From a virus, in IMG/VR virus record IMGVR_UViG_3300035092_000015, positions 16,876 to 80,875 of that record: DNA of 64,000 bases. One strand, given 5' to 3'. The notes under the pieces are model-generated. The model saw only the letters and a list, made by a program, of their open reading frames with translations. It was not told the DNA's origin and searched no databases. Position numbers and translations under genes: made by a program. Positions 28,355 to 36,719 of the stretch are shown here, piece by piece. Within the stretch, counting starts at the first letter, position 1, and each line of letters starts with the position of its first letter.

Positions 28355-28884
28355 TGGCTGGCTGGTGGGACCACTTGCTGCACACCCCGATGCGTGACCT
28401 GGCGTGGTATGACTGGATCGCCGCGATCGCGGCGATCCTGATGTCCGTCGCGGGCATGATCGGTGGGGCGACGGCCGTCCGATGGGGGCTGCAGCGGTGG
28501 CGCCCGGGGCCCACCCCGGAGCAGCTGATCGCCGCGATCAAAGCCAACTACGCCGGCCAGTGGGTCGCTGTGCACGGCGGGAAGGTCATCGGGCACAGCC
28601 AATACAACACCCGGGTCCTGCCTGACGCTGTTGGTCGTGCCGGGACGACTATCGCCTACGTCTGCCGCCCGGAGGAGATCCCCAAGTGGGCAGCCAGGTT
28701 CGACCGGGAAGGACGGATCGGACCGAACGACGAGCACGAAACCCGCGAAGAGGCCGAACGTTGGGCGCAGTCCTGGGTTCGGTCGCGCGGCCCGGCGACG
28801 TTGATGCAACGGGTGGACGACCCGATGCACCTGTGCGGGGTGTGGGTCGAGGTCGGACCGATCGAGGTGGGGCGGGATGCTTGA
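28354..28884 (+). CDS. membrane-anchored hypothetical protein
   Basis: TAATG coupling; N-terminal TM helix; YAGQWVAVHGGKVIGH. Confidence 0.6.
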   Translation: MAGWWDHLLHTPMRDLAWYDWIAAIAAILMSVAGMIGGATAVRWGLQRWRPGPTPEQLIAAIKANYAGQWVAVHGGKVIGHSQYNTRVLPDAVGRAGTTIAYVCRPEEIPKWAARFDREGRIGPNDEHETREEAERWAQSWVRSRGPATLMQRVDDPMHLCGVWVEVGPIEVGRDA

Positions 28885-29044
28885 CCGTTGGTACGGGGTC
28901 AGCTGCGATGGGTGCGGCGCAACTCAGGAGATTCTGCCTTCTGGTCGTGCGGCTCGAGCAGCGGCGAAGAGGAGAGGCTGGCGGCGGATCCTGGGCCGAG
29001 ACCTGTGCCCGCGATGTCTGGCGAAGGAAGCTGAAGATGCCTGA
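28877..29044 (+). CDS. small zinc-finger protein (55 aa)
   Basis: read manually: VSCDGCG...AKRRGW....DLCPRC. Confidence 0.6.
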   Translation: MLDRWYGVSCDGCGATQEILPSGRAARAAAKRRGWRRILGRDLCPRCLAKEAEDA

Positions 29045-29246
29045 CGGGGGGCAGGAGGAGCAGGAGGGTGGGGCTATGGTCCTGACGTTCCGCGACGAGG
29101 CAGGCCGGGAATGGCTCGCCGCCGCCCTGGTTGGCCCGCTGTACCGGTATGAGGGCGCCGACCCGGTCCCGGTCGAAACCATCCCGGTCTCGTTGTTGAA
29201 AGACCGCCCGTTCACCCTGTGCCGGATCACGGTGGTCGACCAGTGA
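29037..29246 (+). CDS. hypothetical protein
   Basis: in operon; alternative start at 29076 with GGAGG. Confidence 0.45.
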   Translation: MPDGGQEEQEGGAMVLTFRDEAGREWLAAALVGPLYRYEGADPVPVETIPVSLLKDRPFTLCRITVVDQ

Positions 29247-29656
29247 TGGACGGACGCGGGACCGGGCTGTGGAGCCGCGACAACGACACCTACCGGATGT
29301 TGTCCTACGTCGCCAACCGCAGGAAAGGCTGGAGCCTCCAACCCGGCCAATGGTACTACCGCTGGCCTGGCAAGGCAGTCGCTGCCGCACTCCCGAACCT
29401 GCCCTACGGGCGGGCGTCGGCGAAACCCCACACCGACCGGACGGTTGCGCACATCTCACATCTGGTCCTGCTGGGGTGGCGCGGTGGGCAGCTGCTCGGG
29501 ACGATGGCGGTGTGGCTGTGCGGCTCCACCACCACCCAGTTCGTCCTCGAGCAGGATCTACAGTCCCGTCCGTGTCCGATGTGCTTCCTGCGCCGGGATG
29601 GGCTCGGGATCCTGATCCAGAACAGCATCGTCGTGATCGGAGGCCGCAGTGGCTGA
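29246..29656 (+). CDS. hypothetical protein
   Basis: coupled start; H..WLCG..CPMC zinc ligands. Confidence 0.55.
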   Translation: MDGRGTGLWSRDNDTYRMLSYVANRRKGWSLQPGQWYYRWPGKAVAAALPNLPYGRASAKPHTDRTVAHISHLVLLGWRGGQLLGTMAVWLCGSTTTQFVLEQDLQSRPCPMCFLRRDGLGILIQNSIVVIGGRSG

Positions 29657-29870
29657 ACCGCGACACCGTTGCCCCGGGCTGTGCGGCAACACCGTCCCGA
29701 ACCATCTGCTGGCCTGCGGGCCGTGCTGGTGGCGCCTGCCGGCGCAGCTAAAACGGACGGTCGGGCGGGCCTACCACCGCCGGGAACACGACCCGACCGG
29801 GCACCAGCAGGCGGTCGCGGCAGCGGCGGCGTGGTACCGACAGCAGAAAGAGGGGCAAGCGAATGGCTGA
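29649..29870 (+). CDS. small zinc-binding protein
   Basis: HRCPGLC...LACGPCWWRLP. Confidence 0.65.
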   Translation: MAEPRHRCPGLCGNTVPNHLLACGPCWWRLPAQLKRTVGRAYHRREHDPTGHQQAVAAAAAWYRQQKEGQANG

Positions 29871-30420
29871 GGTCGATCTGGAGAAGGTCGAGGGCCGTCG
29901 GGCGCGGGCAGCTGCCTGGATGAACGGGCAGGACCCGCCGGAGGGTGCGGGGGAACGCGCGGCATGGCTGGTCGTGACGGGTGATGTTCCGGCGTTGATC
30001 GCCGAACTGGAGCAGATCCGACGTGACATGGCCGACCTGCGGGTCGAGCGAGATCAATACTGGAGCCGGTTCAACAGTTCCCAGGACTCGAACAGGACCC
30101 TTGCGACTATGGCGCGGGAGGAGCGTGACCGGGCTAACGAGGCTGCCCGGTTGAGCGCTGAGGCCCGCGACCTGCGAACAGAGATCGCCGAGATGGAGGA
30201 GGTGATCCAGGACCTGCGGCAGGATCTGCAGCGGCACAGCGACGCCCGGATTGTCGAGACCCGCGCCCGGTGCCGGGCCGAGCAGGTTCAGTTCACCCAC
30301 TCCATGTTCGCCTACCCCCACCTGTTCCTGTGGCATGCCCTGTTCGACGGGACCCCGCTGTGCCGGTGTTGGCACAGCCGCGAGATGAGGGAGCACGCCC
30401 GTGCACTGGATGTGGAGTGA
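29863..30420 (+). CDS. coiled-coil hypothetical protein
   Basis: GAGGGG RBS; DVPALIAELE followed by heptads. Confidence 0.65.
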   Translation: MAEVDLEKVEGRRARAAAWMNGQDPPEGAGERAAWLVVTGDVPALIAELEQIRRDMADLRVERDQYWSRFNSSQDSNRTLATMAREERDRANEAARLSAEARDLRTEIAEMEEVIQDLRQDLQRHSDARIVETRARCRAEQVQFTHSMFAYPHLFLWHALFDGTPLCRCWHSREMREHARALDVE

Positions 30421-30601
30421 CTTCGTCCCGAACGTCCTGGCCAACATCGCCGGGACCGGGACCGTCGCCCTGGCCGTCGCCGGGTTGATCAAACTCGACA
30501 CCGTCCGGGCCAGACGTCGCGCCGCCCAGGCCCGCGCCGAGCGCGCCGCATCGAACCTGTCCCCCGCTCCGTCCGCCACACCCGAAGGAGACAACCAGTG
30601 A
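30410..30601 (+). CDS. small membrane protein
   Basis: one TM helix followed by a basic stretch. Confidence 0.5.
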   Translation: MWSDFVPNVLANIAGTGTVALAVAGLIKLDTVRARRRAAQARAERAASNLSPAPSATPEGDNQ

Positions 30602-31104
30602 CCCAGCCCGACGACCGGCTGTACCAAGACCTGCGGCAGGCGTTGAACCGCAACAGCGCCGAGAACGGCAGCAACACCCCCGACTTCATCCTGGCCGAAT
30701 ACCTGCAGTCTTGCCTGCGGGCGTTCGACCACGCTGTGCGGACCCGGGCGTCCGCGACCCAGTTGAGCCCGCTGGACCCGAACCCCGGGTCGACCCTGTT
30801 CGCGCGTTTCGACCCTGTCGAGCAGCCACTGGCTGTCCTCCCGGGGATCCAGACGCTGCTCGAGCAGCACGTCAAAGCTGTGGAGGAGTTGCTGCGGACG
30901 GCGGCGTGTGCGGTGTGCGGCGACCCTGCGGTCATGCTGATGCAGACCAAGCCGGCGCGGATCGGGTTCCGCCGGGATGCGACGGACGACCTGGCGTTGA
31001 GGATCACGGAGGAGGTCCGGCCGTTGTGCGCCGCCCACTCAGACACACCGATCCAGACGCCGGACGTCCCGTCTGACCCGTACCTGTGGGAGTCCGGGAC
31101 ATGA
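30598..31104 (+). CDS. hypothetical phage protein
   Basis: AAGGAG RBS; LNRNSAENGSNTPDFILAEYL. Confidence 0.7.
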   Translation: MTQPDDRLYQDLRQALNRNSAENGSNTPDFILAEYLQSCLRAFDHAVRTRASATQLSPLDPNPGSTLFARFDPVEQPLAVLPGIQTLLEQHVKAVEELLRTAACAVCGDPAVMLMQTKPARIGFRRDATDDLALRITEEVRPLCAAHSDTPIQTPDVPSDPYLWESGT

Positions 31105-31279
31105 CCGGCAAGATCCCAGAGAGCGTCTTCATCGACGCCAACCGGGCCCGCAACAGCGAAGTGCACGGGCTGAACAACGGCGGGCTCGAGCGTCTGATCG
31201 TCATCGGCGCCCGCGAACGCGGATTCCGCGCCGCCGTCGCCGCCGCCTACCGCGCCGGCCAGGCCAGTACAATAGACCC

Positions 31280-32197
31280 ATGCACCCACACGTGTGGAAC
31301 CCCCGGCTGCACCCCCGCGACCGGATCGGCCAGTTCACCGACACACCCGGCAGCGGGTCGTGGCTCTCCCGGGCTGCCGAGCAGGCCCGGCGCGGGTTCA
31401 CCGACGCCGAGCTTGCACAGCGCGAGCAGGACGTCAACGACCTGATCGCCGGGAGCCGCCATCTGGACACCCACCGGGTGCACAAACCGAACGGACGCTG
31501 GTCCGACGAACGGGCCGCCGCTCACCGGGAGATCTTGGACAGGGTGTGGGCGGAGAAAGCCACCCGGGTGCCGAACGAACACCGGGCGGTGATGACCGGC
31601 GGGTTGATGGGCGCCGGAAAGACCACCGTCCTAGCCGGACACCCCGAGATCGACATGTCCGACTACCTGATGGTGTCGGCCGACGACATGAAAGAGGAGA
31701 TCATCCGCCACGGTCTGGTCCCGCGCATCCCGGGCGCCGAACACCTGTCGCCGATGGAGCTGTCGGCGATGTACCACGTCGAATCGGCCTACCTGGCGGA
31801 CGCACTGGCCGAACGCGCCTACGCCGAAGGGAAGAACGTGATCCTGGATGCGTCGATGGGCGACCGGACTGCCCCGGCGGCGCGGCTGGCGCGGCTGCGC
31901 GACATGGGCTACCAGGTCCGGGGGGTGTTCGTCGACATCCCGGTCGAGACGAGCCTGCAACGGGCGTCGGCCCGGTACCGGTCGGGGATGCAGCAGTGGG
32001 GCAGCGGTACCGGCCCGGGCGGGCGGACGATCCCTCCGGCGTTGATCGAGGGGCAACGCGGCCCGGGTGGGATGACGAAGAACCGGGTGGTGTTCGACCA
32101 GCTGCGCGAGGAGGGGTTGTTCGGGGCGGGGTGGGAGGTACACGACAACACCGGGTCGGCGCCGGTGCTGTTGAAGCGCGGAGGAATACAGACGTGA
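31280..32197 (+). CDS. zeta-toxin-like P-loop kinase with N-terminal HPRD tag
   Basis: WNPRLHPRDRIGQFTD; GGLMGAGKTT Walker A; SADDMK; NVILDASM; leaderless behind TACAAT (31268-73). Confidence 0.85.
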   Translation: MHPHVWNPRLHPRDRIGQFTDTPGSGSWLSRAAEQARRGFTDAELAQREQDVNDLIAGSRHLDTHRVHKPNGRWSDERAAAHREILDRVWAEKATRVPNEHRAVMTGGLMGAGKTTVLAGHPEIDMSDYLMVSADDMKEEIIRHGLVPRIPGAEHLSPMELSAMYHVESAYLADALAERAYAEGKNVILDASMGDRTAPAARLARLRDMGYQVRGVFVDIPVETSLQRASARYRSGMQQWGSGTGPGGRTIPPALIEGQRGPGGMTKNRVVFDQLREEGLFGAGWEVHDNTGSAPVLLKRGGIQT

Positions 32198-32212
32198 CAC
32201 GGAGCGTTGCAC
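32194..32212. promoter_or_regulatory. operator-like site GTGACAC-N5-GTTGCAC
   Basis: matches the 7-5-7 motif. Confidence 0.5.
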
Positions 32213-32230
32213 TTAGAGGAGGAGTGTCGC

Positions 32231-32497
32231 ATGGGCAGCAGCAGGACGGTGCAGCAACTGGTGGACGATCTCGCATCTGGCAGGATCAACCTGGATCTGG
32301 CGGTGAGGGATTTTGGGACCCGCCGTTGGCCCGGCCCGGCGCCGGAGACCGCGCAGCAGCGGCACGGGGTGCACGACGCGGACCTGCCCGACCCGAACAG
32401 TATCGATTGGGTGCAGGTGAGCCCCGGGCTGTCAGACGAGCAGCGTCGCGCGTTGCTGCGCGTGTACGACCAGCGTACGTCCCGCTCTGGGCGTTGA
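32231..32497 (+). CDS. small protein, candidate antitoxin/partner of the zeta kinase
   Basis: GAGGAGGAG RBS; directly downstream of the zeta-like gene. Confidence 0.6.
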   Translation: MGSSRTVQQLVDDLASGRINLDLAVRDFGTRRWPGPAPETAQQRHGVHDADLPDPNSIDWVQVSPGLSDEQRRALLRVYDQRTSRSGR

Positions 32498-32736
32498 TCG
32501 CGGTCCGCGAGCTGTGTTTCGCGGTGATGGTCGCGGCGTGTGGGTGGTTGGCGGTGTATGCGGTCTGGCCGTGGTCGCCGTTGCCGGCGCTGCTGGTGTT
32601 GTGGTTGGGGACGCAGGTGGTGCCGTGGTTCCGGCGGCTGTCCCACCCCCGCCGCCCCCGGGTTGCACCCGAGGTGTCACCTGTGGTACAATGGTGGGGT
32701 AAGGGACAACTACAGAGAGGACCCTGCAATGAGTGA
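32494..32736 (+). CDS. small membrane protein
   Basis: TTG start overlapping the upstream TGA; two hydrophobic helices. Confidence 0.4.
   Translation: MIAVRELCFAVMVAACGWLAVYAVWPWSPLPALLVLWLGTQVVPWFRRLSHPRRPRVAPEVSPVVQWWGKGQLQRGPCNE
32662..32692 (+). promoter_or_regulatory. promoter TTGCAC-N18-TACAAT with operator GTTGCAC-N5-GTGTCAC
   Basis: near-identical to 33264-33294. Confidence 0.7.
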
Positions 32737-33028
32737 GAGCCAGGGCTACAGCGCCCCCGACGCCACCTCGCCCGAGTACCGGGCAGGCTGGGCCGCCGAG
32801 AGCGCCAGCCAGGCAACGACTCTGGTCGGAGAGGATCTGGACGACGATGAGCTGGGCATGTTCGCCAGCCGGCTGCTGGGATGGCTGCGCAGTCAGCCGG
32901 ACGTGATCAGCGCCGAGATCGTGATGGACACCGGCAAGGACGACCGCAAGACCAGCGCCGACATCATCCTCGGGGTGGATGTCGCCGCGATCGGCGGAGT
33001 CAGCATGACGATGAACATCACCCCGTGA
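32729..33028 (+). CDS. acidic hypothetical protein
   Basis: GAGAGG RBS; between a promoter and a terminator. Confidence 0.7.
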   Translation: MSESQGYSAPDATSPEYRAGWAAESASQATTLVGEDLDDDELGMFASRLLGWLRSQPDVISAEIVMDTGKDDRKTSADIILGVDVAAIGGVSMTMNITP

Positions 33029-33050
33029 CCTTGTTCCCTCTCTGATGGGC

Positions 33051-33092
33051 CCGGCCCCCCGGCGCGACGACGCCCGGGGGGCCGGTGCTTTT
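33051..33092 (+). terminator. intrinsic terminator
   Basis: CCGGCCCCCCGG...CCGGGGGGCCGG hairpin then GCTTTT. Confidence 0.7.
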
Positions 33093-33095
33093 CTC

Positions 33096-33166
33096 GGCTG
33101 CTTAGCTCAACGGCAGAGCAGGCGTCTCTAACACGCCGGTTGCGGGTCCGACTCCCGCCGCAGCCT
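33096..33166 (+). tRNA. tRNA-like gene with CUA anticodon (amber suppressor type), atypical T-loop
   Basis: acceptor GGCTGCT/CGCAGCC, D arm GCTC/GAGC, anticodon arm GGCGT-CTCTAAC-ACGCC, T arm GCGGG-TCCGACT-CCCGC; no encoded CCA. Confidence 0.75.
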
Positions 33167-33263
33167 CGCACCGCGCGTGGCCCGGACAGCCGGGTAACGC
33201 GGCGGGTCAGGGCGCCGGGCTGGCTGGGCGCCTTGTCGACTTGGCCCGCCGGGGCCACGAGCG

Positions 33264-33294
33264 GTTGCACGCGAGGTGTCACCTGTGATATAAT
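33264..33294 (+). promoter_or_regulatory. promoter TTGCAC-N18-TATAAT with operator GTTGCAC-N5-GTGTCAC
   Basis: consensus -10; duplicate of 32662-32692. Confidence 0.72.
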
Positions 33295-33353
33295 GGAGGT
33301 GCCCGGCCGGACGTCGGTCGGGCGGGTTGGCAACTCCAGAGAGGGAGAACAGG

Positions 33354-33758
33354 ATGTCTGTGACAGTGGGCGCAGGAGCCACCGAACAGGGCCGCGACTG
33401 GAAGATCATCCAGGGTGACCGGCCGCAGAGTGGCGCCTACGACAACCACGTCTGGCAGGAGTTCGCCGGGCTGGCCATCGAGGTGGGCGGCTACAGCGAC
33501 CTGACTGCCATCGACCCCTACAGCGGGCGCAGGTTCTGGCTGGGCGACGCCTACCGGTGCAACACGCACACGGCGATGCTGAAAGCCGCCAAGCCCGGCG
33601 AGGAGGCTCTCGCGGTCTACCAGGCGTCACACGAGTGCGGCGACTGCGGCGGCACGATGATCGCCGCGATCCGCCGGCTGTTGGACGCGATGGAGGCCGT
33701 CGGGTTCCCCGGCGAGCCGGCCGACGAGCCCCGCAGGGCGAACGTGGCCAGCGCCTGA
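33354..33758 (+). CDS. hypothetical protein
   Basis: GGGAG RBS; between a promoter and a terminator. Confidence 0.7.
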   Translation: MSVTVGAGATEQGRDWKIIQGDRPQSGAYDNHVWQEFAGLAIEVGGYSDLTAIDPYSGRRFWLGDAYRCNTHTAMLKAAKPGEEALAVYQASHECGDCGGTMIAAIRRLLDAMEAVGFPGEPADEPRRANVASA

Positions 33759-33770
33759 CCAACCCAACAC

Positions 33771-33800
33771 GACGCCCCCCAGGGCAACCTGGGGGGCGTC
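33771..33800. terminator. hairpin terminator between convergent genes
   Basis: GACGCCCCCCAGG-GCAA-CCTGGGGGGCGTC perfect 13-bp stem. Confidence 0.75.
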
Positions 33801-33803
33801 GCC

Positions 33804-33950
33804 CTATCCGGGGATGTGTTCGATCAGCACCGCGACCACAAACGCACAGAACCCGCCCCAACCCAGCCGCTCCGGGATCAACCCGAACGCAGCCAGCCCC
33901 GACAGGACCAACGCCAACAGCAGGAACAGCAAAACCAACACGGTTGCCAT
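33804..33950 (-). CDS. small membrane protein (48 aa)
   Basis: read manually: MATVLVLLFLLLALVLSGLAAFGLIPERLGWGGFCAFVVAVLIEHIPG. Confidence 0.55.
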   Translation of the reverse strand: MATVLVLLFLLLALVLSGLAAFGLIPERLGWGGFCAFVVAVLIEHIPG

Positions 33951-34035
33951 ACCGGGTGTTTACCCACCGCGACCCCCGGGCATGCTACCATCGGGTAGCC
34001 AGGGTCGCGATGACCCCTGGATAGGGAGAGTCGAG

Positions 34036-34572
34036 ATGACCAAACCCGCCGAAGGTAAACGGCTAAGCGGCAACCCCGTCGGGATCCGGGTCAGCCCCAA
34101 CAAAGACAGCCTCATCGCCCGCCGGATCCGCGCGGTTGAACTGCGCGTCCAAGGCATGACCCTCAACCAGGTCTCCCAGGCCACCGGCGTCAACCCACGG
34201 ACCGTCCGGATCGACATCGACACGGTGTTGCGCGAGCGGGACGCGGAGACCATCCCGAAGCTGCGCGCGCTGGAAGAGGAACGGCTCGACCTGGCCGTCC
34301 GGACCGCGACCGCGATCATCGAAGCCCACCCCGGGACTGAACTGGCGTTGAAGGCCGTCGACCGGTTGATCCGGGCATCGGCCCGCCGCGCCGGGCTGCT
34401 CGGGTTGGACGCCCCGGTGGAGTTGAACATCCGCAGCACCGAGGTGACCCAGGCAGACCTCGAGTTGGACGAGCTGATCCGGGAGGCGCAGGCACGTAAC
34501 GCGAACACCCGGGAACAGCTGATCGCGCAGGCAGGCGGTGGCGGTGACGACACGGCAACCCCGGTGGCCTAA
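34036..34572 (+). CDS. terS: terminase small subunit (HTH)
   Basis: GGGAG RBS; AVELRVQGMTLNQVS HTH; RRAGLLGLDAP; upstream of terL. Confidence 0.75.
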   Translation: MTKPAEGKRLSGNPVGIRVSPNKDSLIARRIRAVELRVQGMTLNQVSQATGVNPRTVRIDIDTVLRERDAETIPKLRALEEERLDLAVRTATAIIEAHPGTELALKAVDRLIRASARRAGLLGLDAPVELNIRSTEVTQADLELDELIREAQARNANTREQLIAQAGGGGDDTATPVA

Positions 34573-35068
34573 GGGTACGCCGTGGCAGCGGCAGGGACCT
34601 GGCCCGGGACGTTGGGCTGAGCAGCTGTCGGCGCAGCTGCCCGGCCACGTCGAAGAGCCTGACTACCGGGGGGTGCACCAACCACCCGACCCCCGTGGCG
34701 CCGACACCGTGATGCGGCTGGACGACCTCGAAGCTGACATGCCCGACGTGTACGAACACCCCGAATACTACCTGTCCAGAGAAACCGAGGGCTGGCGGGA
34801 AGCAGTCCGCGCGATGCGCGCCGTCCGGGGCCGACCCGACGCTACGATCACAATCTACCGGGCCGCACCGCCCGAGGCGGGGGCGATCAACCCCGGCGAC
34901 TGGGTCAGCACCAGCCGGGCCTACGCCGCGACCCACGGTAGACACGCCCACGACCCCGCCCAGGACTGGCCGGTCATCTCGATGCAGGTTCCGGTCAGGG
35001 ACGTGTACTGGGGCGGGAACGACTTCACGGAGTTCGGGTACTGGCCCGGTGTTGAGGAACGGCCGTGA
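34544..35068 (+). CDS. tagged protein with ADP-ribosyltransferase-like domain
   Basis: QPRWPKGTP..GPGPGRWAEQLS tag; IYRAAP..INPGDWVSTSRAYA..EFGY. Confidence 0.65.
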   Translation: MTTRQPRWPKGTPWQRQGPGPGRWAEQLSAQLPGHVEEPDYRGVHQPPDPRGADTVMRLDDLEADMPDVYEHPEYYLSRETEGWREAVRAMRAVRGRPDATITIYRAAPPEAGAINPGDWVSTSRAYAATHGRHAHDPAQDWPVISMQVPVRDVYWGGNDFTEFGYWPGVEERP

Positions 35069-36684
35069 CTGCCGTTCTGCCTGGGCTCGAGCTTGAGCTT
35101 GACGCCCCGCCGCTGCCCTGGATCACCGACCCGTACCACCCCGAGGTCAACGCTGAGAACTTCGACCTGTACGGGTATCTGGCCCAGTTCGACCCCAGGC
35201 TGTTCACCCACAGCCGAGGCCGGCGTGAGATCACCCGGTACGACCCGATCCTGTTCGCGATCGTTTACTTCCCGCACCACATCCGCACCGACGGGCGGAT
35301 CTCATTCGCCGACCCGCATTTCCAGTGGGCCGGCGCCGCCCGACGGTGGATCGTCCCCGCCGGGCTGAAGCAAGACCGGCACGCCTACGTCGCCCCCCGC
35401 GACACCGGCAAGTCGACCTGGTGGTTCCTGCTGCTGCCGATGTGGGCCGCCGCGCACGGGCACATCAAGTTCGCCGCCGCGTTCGCCCACTCCGGCACCC
35501 AATCCGAGACCCACCTGCACGCGTTCCGCTCGGAACTGGCCGAGAACCAACGGCTGCGGCAGGACTACCCCGACCTGTGCACCCCCGCCAGGAAGCCGAA
35601 CGGGAAAACCACCGCCGACAACATCCAGATGTTGCGAACCAAGGCCAACTTTGCGTTCGCTGCGCGTGGGGTGGACGCGGCGAACCTCGGGTTGAAGGAG
35701 AAAGACACCCGCCCCGACCTGATCCTGCTGGACGACGTCGAACCGGACGAAGCCTCGTACAGCCAGTACCAGATGGAGAAACGACGCGGGACCATCATCG
35801 AGGCGATCCTGCCGATGAACCTGCGCGCCCATGTCGTGCTGGTCGGGACCGTCACCATGCCCGGCAGTATCGTCCACCAGCTGGTCGCAGTCGCGAGAGG
35901 CGACACCGAGGTCGAAGCGTGGGTCGGGGAGGAGAACTTCGCCCCGCACCACGCCCTGCCGATCTGTCTACGCGACGACGGGACCGAACGAAGCATCTGG
36001 CCCGCGAAATGGCCCCTGTCGTTCCTGATCTCGATCCGCCGGACCCGATCCTACCTGAAGAACTTCGCCAACGACCCGATGGGCACCGAGGGCGGGTATT
36101 GGACGTTGGAAGATTTCACCTACGGCGAACTGGGCAACCCGACCCGCTGGTTCCTCGCGTTGGACCCGACGATCACCACGAAAACCCGCTCCGACCCGGC
36201 CGGGGTCGCGGTCATCTCCTATGCCCCCGGCTATGTGATCCCGGCCGAGTCGCCGCGCAGGCTGCCGGCGAAGGTCCCGAGCCGGTGTCTGGTGGAGTTC
36301 GCAGCGGAGGTGAAGCTGGTCGGGGAGGGTCTGCGCCGGTACCTGTTGAAGGTCTTGCAGCGGTACCCGAGGGTCAAGGCGATCATCGTCGAAGGCAACC
36401 AGGGCGGGGAGAACTGGCACGCGATCCTGCACGATATGCCGGTCCGGGTGGTTGTCGTGTGGTCGGAGGAGAAGAAGGAGGTCCGGGCGGCGAACCTGCT
36501 GGAGCTGTACCAACACAACCCGCCGAGGGTCCTGCACCCGGAGCCTGGGGCGGTGGTGGCGCTGGAGCAGCAGATGGCGTCTTTCCCCCGGGGCAAGGAC
36601 GACATGGTGGACGCGGTCGGGTCGGTGTGTCTGCGTGTCCTGGGGAAGCCGCCGAAGAAGGGCCAGACGTTCTTCCCGGTCTGA
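35065..36684 (+). CDS. terL: terminase large subunit
   Basis: APRDTGKST Walker A, ILLDDVE Walker B, ALDPT and DDMVDA nuclease motifs. Confidence 0.92.
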   Translation: MTAVLPGLELELDAPPLPWITDPYHPEVNAENFDLYGYLAQFDPRLFTHSRGRREITRYDPILFAIVYFPHHIRTDGRISFADPHFQWAGAARRWIVPAGLKQDRHAYVAPRDTGKSTWWFLLLPMWAAAHGHIKFAAAFAHSGTQSETHLHAFRSELAENQRLRQDYPDLCTPARKPNGKTTADNIQMLRTKANFAFAARGVDAANLGLKEKDTRPDLILLDDVEPDEASYSQYQMEKRRGTIIEAILPMNLRAHVVLVGTVTMPGSIVHQLVAVARGDTEVEAWVGEENFAPHHALPICLRDDGTERSIWPAKWPLSFLISIRRTRSYLKNFANDPMGTEGGYWTLEDFTYGELGNPTRWFLALDPTITTKTRSDPAGVAVISYAPGYVIPAESPRRLPAKVPSRCLVEFAAEVKLVGEGLRRYLLKVLQRYPRVKAIIVEGNQGGENWHAILHDMPVRVVVVWSEEKKEVRAANLLELYQHNPPRVLHPEPGAVVALEQQMASFPRGKDDMVDAVGSVCLRVLGKPPKKGQTFFPV

Positions 36685-36719
36685 TACCCTGGTCGTAACC
36701 GACAGAGAGGGGGCCGGCG

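Noticed and set aside
31101-31445. ORF MTGKIPESVF... upstream of the zeta gene
   Set aside because: The 5' part looks real (ATGA coupling), but the 3' half overlaps the zeta gene by over 160 nt with low-complexity sequence; too uncertain to list.
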